A stretch of DNA of 24,000 nucleotides from a bacterium (GTDB lineage Bacteria > Patescibacteriota > Saccharimonadia > Saccharimonadales > UBA4665): positions 8,098 through 32,097 of the forward strand of contig JAJZOE010000040.1 in assembly GCA_021829145.1 (NCBI GenBank). The letters are read 5' to 3'. Below, piece after piece: positions 16,843 through 23,658 of this stretch. The translations under genes and the position numbers were made by a program. Position 1 is the stretch's first letter. Each line of letters begins with the position of its first letter. The notes under the pieces were generated by a model. It searched no databases, was not told the origin of the DNA, and saw only the letters and a list, made by a program, of their open reading frames with translations.

Positions 16843-17694
16843 CTAACCAAGCTCCCTTTGCAAATGCGGCTGTGCCGCTACGCCTTGTCCTTTGGTTATT
16901 ACGTCGGCTGTCAGGTCATTTATATCTTGAAGTTGCTGGCGGGTGGCAGTGTCCGGGTTATAGGTATCATAGTAAAGCTCAATCAGTTCCTGGGTGTCTA
17001 GAGGAAGGCCTTGAATATTGGCCTGCATAAGGCCTCCTAACACGGCCTGGACCCGGTTCCTTAACTCAGTTTTAGCCGCCTCCAACTTAGCTTCATTAAT
17101 TACAATATGAGGCTCTTTCTTATTAAAAAGGTCGACTACTCCTGTAAGAAAGTTTTTGCTCTGGGCCATAGTCTTTACTTCGTCTACGACCGGGAAGTAT
17201 GGGATAACTACATAAAACTTTTTATCCATGATATTGGTTTGCTGACTTAACAGCTCCATGTAGTTGATATAGTCATCCATCAGCATGGCGAGCAGCATGT
17301 TATCGTGCTCCGAGCGGATCTTATCTAGTTTTTCTAGATACGGCTGCATGTCTATCCGCTGAGTGCGAATACAGATTTGAATCGGAAAATCTAAAGAATT
17401 AAGAAATCCTTGATAGGCGTATTCGACGCTCTCTTGTTCCTGCGGGCTCATTAAATCAAAGTTAATACTCTTAACCATAATTACGCTGCGGAAACTACCG
17501 TCGTTCATAATGACGATACCATCTCTTATTTCGGCAATTTGTAGCGTATTTTGAGTACTGTTAGGATTTATTATTTTCGTTGGCTTAGTTGAAGTGTCAT
17601 GAACTATAGGTCCTTGAGGCGGCTGAGTTATAATCGGACTTGGGATCTGGCCGGGTATTTGTGTTGGTTGTTGGTTATTGAGCGGTGGATTCAT
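16843..17694 (-). CDS. VirB4 N-terminal-domain-like protein (separate ORF) with a Pro/Gln-rich N-terminus
   Basis: 283-aa ORF with no TM helix. IAEIRDGIVIMNDGSFRSVIMVKSINFDLMSPQEQESVEYAYQGFLNSLDFPIQI resembles, from memory, the extreme N-terminal block of Firmicute conjugative VirB4 proteins. Its stop TAG (16845-16843) is separated by 1 nt from the VirB4 ATG. Confidence 0.7.
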   Translation of the reverse strand: MNPPLNNQQPTQIPGQIPSPIITQPPQGPIVHDTSTKPTKIINPNSTQNTLQIAEIRDGIVIMNDGSFRSVIMVKSINFDLMSPQEQESVEYAYQGFLNSLDFPIQICIRTQRIDMQPYLEKLDKIRSEHDNMLLAMLMDDYINYMELLSQQTNIMDKKFYVVIPYFPVVDEVKTMAQSKNFLTGVVDLFNKKEPHIVINEAKLEAAKTELRNRVQAVLGGLMQANIQGLPLDTQELIELYYDTYNPDTATRQQLQDINDLTADVITKGQGVAAQPHLQRELG

Positions 17695-17704
17695 TGGTTT
17701 GCAA

Positions 17705-18784
17705 TTAATGTAAATTAATAACTACTTCGTCGTCCGGCATTGATTTCTGCGCCTCGTGGTCAAGTGTGGCAACGCTCAAGTAGCTGTTATTGGCAAGATT
17801 CAGTATAACAGGGTCGATTGGATTTGGCTTCGGGTTTTGGGCAGTCTGTGGTGCCTGAACTTGAGGAGTGTAAGCTGTTTGTTCCTCTATTTGCCTGTCG
17901 GCTGGTCGAGTCTGCTCCGGTGCCGGATAAGCAGGTATTATTAAGTCTGCCTGAACCACGCTATCTTGAGAAGTTGCCTGAGCTGTAGACTGAGGCGAAT
18001 TACTTTGTGACGAGTGGATGGCCATGTGAGTAATCGGTACTTGCGGCACTTCAAAAGTATTCCTGGCCCTAAGTTCGGCACTTAGGATGCCCTCGTCGGT
18101 AATATCCAATATAGGGTTGCTATCCGGATGGCTTACTCTGCCATTAAGTGAATCAATTATTCTTTGACGGTGAGCTTGGGCAGACAGGTTTATACGGTTA
18201 TCCATCGACTGAGCTAACGGGTTATGCTGTTCATCTAAAATGTCATCCTCCGGAGTAACGTCATAATCGGGTACGGGTTTTGGTATCGAACCGATATCTA
18301 TTAACCGGTCGTTGCTGGCCGGGCGGATTACTCTGCTATCGTCAGGAACCGAAGGCATGTTTTTAATAGCCCAACCACGACTGTCAATCATAAGTGTTAA
18401 TGCTTGCAAACGGTTGTTGACCTCTGCTTGTGACAGCCCGTTGGTTAAAGGTCTTTCAGTTTTCTTAGGTACGGTAATAGTAACTAGTTCCTTTACGCCG
18501 CTCTGGTTCCATAACCTCTTTCTCGGCTTGAATAAAAACCTTAGCCGGGCCAGGGCCCAAACTTCAGTTGGTTGATCCCTACGGAAAGGAAAGGCAAAAA
18601 ACCCGCTTAGCAGGCCCGGTGGCAACAAGATAATCAACATAAATAGAGCATGCTTTGATAAAGCAAGAAAACACAGGTACAGGAAGAATATAGTAGACAG
18701 GCTATATATAAACTGTCTGAGTGTCAGAGGACCGAGAATATGGTCTTCCGCTTCAATATCCTGAATCACTTTATACGTTGCCAT
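17705..18784 (-). CDS. PrgI/VirB3-like T4SS membrane protein with a long Pro/Gln-rich C-terminal extension
   Basis: 359-aa ORF. N-terminus MATYKVIQDIEAEDHILGPLTLRQFIY is followed by two TM helices (SLSTIFFLYLCFLAL; LFMLIILLPPGLLSGFFAF), which is the PrgI-family pattern. It is the first gene of the minus-strand operon. Confidence 0.8.
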   Translation of the reverse strand: MATYKVIQDIEAEDHILGPLTLRQFIYSLSTIFFLYLCFLALSKHALFMLIILLPPGLLSGFFAFPFRRDQPTEVWALARLRFLFKPRKRLWNQSGVKELVTITVPKKTERPLTNGLSQAEVNNRLQALTLMIDSRGWAIKNMPSVPDDSRVIRPASNDRLIDIGSIPKPVPDYDVTPEDDILDEQHNPLAQSMDNRINLSAQAHRQRIIDSLNGRVSHPDSNPILDITDEGILSAELRARNTFEVPQVPITHMAIHSSQSNSPQSTAQATSQDSVVQADLIIPAYPAPEQTRPADRQIEEQTAYTPQVQAPQTAQNPKPNPIDPVILNLANNSYLSVATLDHEAQKSMPDDEVVINLH

Positions 18785-18792
18785 TTTATCTT

Positions 18793-18822
18793 AGTATAAC
18801 ACCTTAAAAAGCATTAGCTGAA
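18793..18822 (-). promoter_or_regulatory. Candidate operon promoter with an extended -10 (TGTTATACT) and weak -35 TTCAGC
   Basis: On the minus strand, TATACT is 18798-18793, preceded by TGT. Only 8 nt separate the -10 from ATG 18784, implying a leaderless or near-leaderless mRNA. Motif evidence only. Confidence 0.4.
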
Positions 18823-18901
18823 TGTCTGTCATATGTAATAAAATCTATAGTTTGCCTGGGTATAGCTATTGAAGAGATATCTACCCGTATGCCCGTATAC
18901 C

Positions 18902-18930
18902 TTGAAGGAGTTAGTGTTTCATATTATAGT
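18902..18930 (+). promoter_or_regulatory. Candidate promoter of the pilin array (-35 TTGAAG, 17 nt, -10 TATAGT)
   Basis: TTGAAG at 18902-18907 and TATAGT at 18925-18930, followed by TAAGG SD (18936-18940) and ATG 18949. This supports the internal start for pilin 1. Confidence 0.4.
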
Positions 18931-18948
18931 AGTTCTAAGGTTCAGCAG

Positions 18949-19431
18949 ATGATAAAAAGCAAAAAGCATACCAGGAGAACGCTAACGGTAATTTTTACGG
19001 TTCTAGCTTTACTATTTCCATTAACTGCAACCGTCAGCGCTGTTTCTGTTAACCCCGCTTCAGCTCCCTTGTCGCAGTTTGCTTTATCGCAGTGTGGCAG
19101 TAAAAGCGAAGCGGTCCCAACCAGTATTAACTTCGGTTGTACTGGGGCTCAGTGTATCAGCAACCCCAATAGCGCATACTGCCAAACCCCTCACAGTGGA
19201 ATAGTCGACCTAACTTTTGCAATTATTCGTTTTTTGACTGACGGCGTAGGCCTGGTTTTGATAGCTTCCCTGGTTATAGCAGGTATTCAATATACAACCT
19301 CAAGAGGCGAACCCCAAGCTATGAGTAGTGCTTCAAAGAGAATCCAGAGCACTCTTACAGCACTATTTGTTTATTTGTTTATTTATGCAATTCTAAATTA
19401 TGTAGTTCCCAGTAAACTATTCGGACAATAA
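18949..19431 (+). CDS. VirB2/TrbC-like T4SS pilin paralog 1
   Basis: Signal peptide MIKSKKHTRRTLTVIFTVLALLFPLTATVSA, a 4-Cys variable region, then a two-TM core IAGIQYTTSRGEPQAMSSASKRIQSTLTALFV. The track ORF begins at 18889, but ATG 18949 has an SD and yields a canonical signal peptide. Confidence 0.8.
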   Translation: MIKSKKHTRRTLTVIFTVLALLFPLTATVSAVSVNPASAPLSQFALSQCGSKSEAVPTSINFGCTGAQCISNPNSAYCQTPHSGIVDLTFAIIRFLTDGVGLVLIASLVIAGIQYTTSRGEPQAMSSASKRIQSTLTALFVYLFIYAILNYVVPSKLFGQ

Positions 19432-19433
19432 AG

Positions 19434-19823
19434 ATGATAACCAGACTTTTTCAACAATTTGCCTCATCTTGCACTCCCAGCGGAGGCAGCTTTTTTGGAA
19501 TACCCAAATGGTATGCCTATCTACCAGGCCGGTCAGATCCAGTTACCGGAGTATGCACGCCTAACTTTACTAGTATTGGTGACTTTTGGCTGATTGTAGC
19601 TGCAGTAATCGAAATGCTGCTCAGGCTTGGGGCAATTGTTGCAGTTTTCATGGTTATTTACGGTGGTGTTACTTTCGCAACTAGTCAGGGCAACCCGGAA
19701 GATACCAAGAAGGCCAGAAGTACCATAATCTATGCTCTAGTGGGCTTGCTGGTATCTATCACGGCCTCGTTTATTATTACCTTTGTTGCTAAGAGTGTGA
19801 TGACAAGGAGCGTAACGGCTTAA
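19434..19823 (+). CDS. VirB2/TrbC-like T4SS pilin paralog 2 (no obvious signal peptide)
   Basis: 129 aa. Cys pair (SSCTPS...GVCTPN), then core IYGGVTFATSQGNPEDTKKARSTIIYALVGLLV. The start is 2 nt after the stop of paralog 1. Confidence 0.8.
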   Translation: MITRLFQQFASSCTPSGGSFFGIPKWYAYLPGRSDPVTGVCTPNFTSIGDFWLIVAAVIEMLLRLGAIVAVFMVIYGGVTFATSQGNPEDTKKARSTIIYALVGLLVSITASFIITFVAKSVMTRSVTA

Positions 19824-19827
19824 GCTT

Positions 19828-20166
19828 ATGTTAAACCTATTGCACGTTATCGCCAGCACCTGTACGGGAAGCCAATACAGCCTTCATGTTGATGGTAGGG
19901 GTACCTGTTACAACACTGGAATACCGACCGTTCAATCCGGCAGTCATGAACTTCAATTTATTTTGCAATTATTCTTTGCCATACTGGCGGCTATCTCGGT
20001 ATTGTTTGTAGTCATCGGAGGTATGCGATATACCATTTCCGGGGGCGACCCGGAAGATATGTCTAAGGCCAAGAACACGATTATCTACGCCCTGGTAGGT
20101 TTAGTTGTTGCCTTATTTGCTGAAGCAATCGTTAGCTTTGCCTTAGGGTATATACAAGGTCTATAG
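19828..20166 (+). CDS. VirB2/TrbC-like T4SS pilin paralog 3 (no obvious signal peptide)
   Basis: 112 aa. Cys pair (STCTGS...GTCYNT), then core IGGMRYTISGGDPEDMSKAKNTIIYALVGLVV. Confidence 0.8.
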   Translation: MLNLLHVIASTCTGSQYSLHVDGRGTCYNTGIPTVQSGSHELQFILQLFFAILAAISVLFVVIGGMRYTISGGDPEDMSKAKNTIIYALVGLVVALFAEAIVSFALGYIQGL

Positions 20167-20168
20167 AA

Positions 20169-20573
20169 GTGAGGAAGCTAATATACTCAATTATTACCGG
20201 CATTATTATTTCCCTGTCGGCCTTTCTGCCGGTATCTGCAGCCAGTAGCAGCAGTGGAGCTATATCCAGTAGTAATTTCATTCCTGTCTGTAGTGGCATA
20301 GCTAAACCTACCATACCCTGCCAGGACTCAAACGCCCAGTCAGGGAATACCATTATTAAGATCATTAAAGATGTTATAGATATTATTTCCTTTATCGTCG
20401 GCGTTGCTGCCGTATTTATAATTATCGTCAGTGGTATGAAAATGGTGGTAGCTAGCGGAGATTCAAAAGCTCTATCAGAAGCAAAGACCGGCATAGTTGG
20501 AGCTATTATAGGAATATTAGTAGTTGTTCTGGCTCAAGGATTCGTAGTATTTGTATTAGATAGGATAAAATAA
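20169..20573 (+). CDS. VirB2/TrbC-like T4SS pilin paralog 4
   Basis: 134 aa with a GTG start. Signal peptide ...IIISLSAFLPVSAAS, Cys pair (PVCSG...IPCQD), core VSGMKMVVASGDSKALSEAKTGIVGAIIGILV. Confidence 0.8.
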   Translation: MRKLIYSIITGIIISLSAFLPVSAASSSSGAISSSNFIPVCSGIAKPTIPCQDSNAQSGNTIIKIIKDVIDIISFIVGVAAVFIIIVSGMKMVVASGDSKALSEAKTGIVGAIIGILVVVLAQGFVVFVLDRIK

Positions 20574-20574
20574 A

Positions 20575-21048
20575 ATGAAGTTATTAATGAACAGAACCAT
20601 TCGTATCATTGCAATAATCGTTTTTGGGATCAGTCCTTTCATTATTAGCCAATCGGTATCTGCCCAGTCGGCTGCCTATTCCAGTGCTTGTCAGGGGATA
20701 AGTGAGTTAGGTGCTGGTCAAGGCTGTAGCAGTGGTCCTTCCACCTTTGATAATCTAATCAAGACCGCAGTTGATATCTTAAGTTATATAGTGGGAATTG
20801 CTGCCGTCATTATGATTATTGTGAGCGGATTAAGGTTCGTGATGGCTGGTGGTGAAAGCCAGGCAGTTTCTGGAGCTAAAAACTCGCTTATCTGGGCTAT
20901 TGTTGGTATTGCTGTGGTTGCGCTTGCCCAAGTTATCGTCCACATGACCCTAAACACGTCAGTTAATATTGCAAAAAACAGTCCTACTTCATCATCTCAA
21001 CAGGCTAAGCAACCGACTAAAACTACTAACCAACCGACGCCACACTAG
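20575..21048 (+). CDS. VirB2/TrbC-like T4SS pilin paralog 5 (polar S/T/Q/P tail)
   Basis: 157 aa. Signal peptide ...IFGISPFIISQSVSAQS, Cys pair (SACQG...QGCSS), core VSGLRFVMAGGESQAVSGAKNSLIWAIVGIAV. It shares LNTSVNI with paralog 6. Confidence 0.82.
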   Translation: MKLLMNRTIRIIAIIVFGISPFIISQSVSAQSAAYSSACQGISELGAGQGCSSGPSTFDNLIKTAVDILSYIVGIAAVIMIIVSGLRFVMAGGESQAVSGAKNSLIWAIVGIAVVALAQVIVHMTLNTSVNIAKNSPTSSSQQAKQPTKTTNQPTPH

Positions 21049-21058
21049 TGTTACTTTA

Positions 21059-21086
21059 TTGATTTTCTTCTTATCAGTGCTATTAT
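21059..21086 (+). promoter_or_regulatory. Candidate internal promoter for pilin paralog 6 (-35 TTGATT, 16 nt, -10 TATTAT)
   Basis: Lies in the only sizeable gap (74 nt) of the pilin array and is followed by AGGAAAGG SD and ATG 21123. Motif evidence only. Confidence 0.35.
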
Positions 21087-21122
21087 ATTTCTGATATAAG
21101 CCAAGGAAAGGTAAAAAATAGA

Positions 21123-21623
21123 ATGATTCAAAAATTTAAAAAACAATTAATGATTGCTGTAGCGGCACTGTCATTGCTGGTACCGGTAGCCGTACCAGCG
21201 GTAGCTTTTGCCAATTCGCCACCCGGCTCAACAGGCTGTACGAGCAATAATATCGCTAGTCAGGTGGGTAATGGTATAGCATCAGCCACAAACCAAACAA
21301 CCAATTCCTGTGGTACTGGCTCTGACATTACAAACGGTGTTAAGAAGATTGCAATAAATGTAGTTGATATCCTGTCGGTTGTTGTAGGTATTGTTGCTGT
21401 TATTATGATCATCTACGCAGGACTAAGATATGTAACCTCTGGGGGCGAGAGTGGCGGTGTTACTAGCGCAAAAAACAGCTTGCTTTATGCGATCGTAGGA
21501 TTAGTATTAGTAGCTCTAGCTCAGTTTATAGTCAGATGGGTGCTCAACACTTCAGTTAATATTGGTACAACAAGCCCACAAGTAGTCAATTTTATTAACC
21601 TTATTCACTTAATAAGGTGGTAA
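21123..21623 (+). CDS. VirB2/TrbC-like T4SS pilin paralog 6
   Basis: 166 aa. Signal peptide ...LLVPVAVPAVAFANS, Cys pair (TGCTSN...NSCGTG), core YAGLRYVTSGGESGGVTSAKNSLLYAIVGLVL. It is the paralog most similar to paralog 5. Confidence 0.82.
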   Translation: MIQKFKKQLMIAVAALSLLVPVAVPAVAFANSPPGSTGCTSNNIASQVGNGIASATNQTTNSCGTGSDITNGVKKIAINVVDILSVVVGIVAVIMIIYAGLRYVTSGGESGGVTSAKNSLLYAIVGLVLVALAQFIVRWVLNTSVNIGTTSPQVVNFINLIHLIRW

Positions 21624-21654
21624 GGTTTTAGGCTTAAGCTAATTTTCTTGGCAT

Positions 21655-21690
21655 AAAAATACTCCCTCAATTGAGGGAGTATTATTTTTG
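21655..21690. terminator. Bidirectional rho-independent terminator between the convergent pilin-6 and hsp20 genes
   Basis: Perfect palindrome AATACTCCCTCAATTGAGGGAGTATT (21658-21683, 11-bp stem including GC-rich CTCCCTC/GAGGGAG). An A-run precedes it and TTTTT (21685-21689) follows it. Confidence 0.75.
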
Positions 21691-21701
21691 GTTTTACTTT
21701 A

Positions 21702-22199
21702 TTAAAGGACTTGGATCTTTTTAACAGTATCCTGCTTTACCTTGCCGAAGCTTATGGTAAGTACACCGTCCTTTAATACTGCTTCAATTTCTTCTTCCTT
21801 GACTGGGACTGGAAGAGCAATGGTCCTTGAGAATTCACCCCAATAGCATTCCTGCAGGAAGTAATTCTCAACATCATCTTCTGTGCCGGCGTTCAGAGTA
21901 CCGCGGATTGTCAGCTGATTGTCAGAAATACTGACATCAAGCTCGTTCTTGTTCACGCCAGCAGTTCTGGCCTTTACAACAAGCTTCTCCTTAGTTTCAT
22001 AAACATCCACCGCCAGCTGACCGGGGACAGCTTCATCTTCGTCCCATTGGTCGTCAGCTGGATTTGCCATTTGCTGTTGTTGTTCTTGAGGAATTTGTTC
22101 TGCTACGGCTGTAGTTGCATCTTCGTCACCCAAAAAAGCTGCAGTTAACTCATCCTCTTCTTCTAATAATAAATCATCGTCACGATTACGTCGTGCCAT
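21702..22199 (-). CDS. hsp20: Small heat-shock protein, Hsp20/alpha-crystallin family
   Basis: 165 aa with an acidic N-terminus. The alpha-crystallin core is LAVDVYETKEKLVVKARTAGVNKNELDVSISDNQLTIRG...GEFSRTIALPVPVKEEEIEAVLKDGVLTISFGK. A GGAGGG SD lies 10 nt upstream. Confidence 0.92.
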   Translation of the reverse strand: MARRNRDDDLLLEEEDELTAAFLGDEDATTAVAEQIPQEQQQQMANPADDQWDEDEAVPGQLAVDVYETKEKLVVKARTAGVNKNELDVSISDNQLTIRGTLNAGTEDDVENYFLQECYWGEFSRTIALPVPVKEEEIEAVLKDGVLTISFGKVKQDTVKKIQVL

Positions 22200-22261
22200 A
22201 AATTTGGTTACCCTCCGTTAGAGTTTGCTTTTGGGCTCTCTTGCCTTTTTGTGTTACTTGC

Positions 22262-22291
22262 AGTATAGCTTAGATCTTTTTAGATGTGCAA
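22262..22291 (-). promoter_or_regulatory. Candidate hsp20 promoter (-35 TTGCAC, 18 nt, -10 TATACT)
   Basis: Read on the minus strand: TTGCAC is 22291-22286 and TATACT is 22267-22262. Motif evidence only. Confidence 0.4.
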
Positions 22292-22340
22292 TGTCTTTAC
22301 CTCATATTTACAACACAATAATGACAACAATATAAAAATT

Positions 22341-22370
22341 TTTAACTTTAACCCCTGTTGCTGGTATAAT
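22341..22370 (+). promoter_or_regulatory. Candidate tRNA-Ser promoter with an extended -10 (TGGTATAAT)
   Basis: TATAAT at 22365-22370 is preceded by TGg. The -35 around 22341-22347 is weak. The tRNA 5' end lies 19 nt downstream. Confidence 0.45.
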
Positions 22371-22388
22371 TCAGTCCATCGCAGTTAA

Positions 22389-22478
22389 GGAAGGGTGTCC
22401 GAGCGGTTTAAGGAAACGGTCTTGAAAACCGTCGTACCGGCAACGGTACCGTGGGTTCGAATCCCACCCCTTCCGCCA
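22389..22478 (+). tRNA. tRNA-Ser (anticodon UGA), type II with a long variable arm and encoded CCA
   Basis: Hand-folded cloverleaf: acceptor GGAAGGG/CCCTTCC; 3-bp D stem TCC/GGA; anticodon stem ACGGT/ACCGT with loop CTTGAAA; variable arm GTACCG-GCAA-CGGTAC; T arm GTGGG-TTCGAAT-CCCAC; discriminator G; CCA. Confidence 0.93.
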
Positions 22479-22729
22479 GATAAATTGTGGAACTTTTTCA
22501 TAACGCAAAATGCCTCAACAGAGGTGACAAGGGCTTGACAGCATCGCTAGTCTTGTATCATAAAACTACTTTTTAGCTGATACCACTCGGGTCTGCTACT
22601 GCGTGAATACTACTTAAGTCCCCTAAACTATGGAACCTTTGCTCAAATAGTTTTTATACTATTACAGTTCAATTGACTTTGGAGTCAGTACAGAAAAGTT
22701 AATCGGTGAGATTGTCTGTAGGGGCTGAG

Positions 22730-23635
<906 letters not shown>

Positions 23636-23658
23636 TTCTTCTGCCAAATAAACCAGGA

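Noticed and set aside
16842-16850. TTG start codon for virB4 as listed in the ORF track (MVSMAFG...).
   Set aside because: An ATG three codons downstream (16841) sits 1 nt after the upstream stop codon, a typical coupling arrangement. The TTG start is possible but less likely.
18889-18948. N-terminal extension of pilin 1 (MPVYLEGVSVSYYSSSKVQQ) given by the ORF track.
   Set aside because: The internal ATG at 18949 has a TAAGG SD and yields a canonical signal peptide. The extension would also overlap the candidate promoter (18902-18930).
20132-20494. 120-aa minus-strand ORF inside the pilin array.
   Set aside because: It is antisense to pilin paralog 4, which belongs to a clear six-member family with conserved motifs. 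It is a shadow ORF.
2201-21623. Interpreting the T4SS locus as an integrative conjugative element or plasmid-derived transfer region.
   Set aside because: The window contains no relaxase, coupling protein, integrase/recombinase, replication or partition genes, and no att-like repeats. The flanks are core genes (recF, hsp20, tRNA). The only mobile DNA is the nested IS pair. This cannot be excluded without sequence beyond the window.
22268-22285. TAGATCTTTTTAGATG motif in the hsp20 promoter spacer as a heat-shock operator (CIRCE/HAIR-like).
   Set aside because: It does not match the CIRCE consensus (TTAGCACTC-N9-GAGTGCTAA) or any other operator I can name. It is a short, AT-rich, partly direct repeat that could occur by chance.
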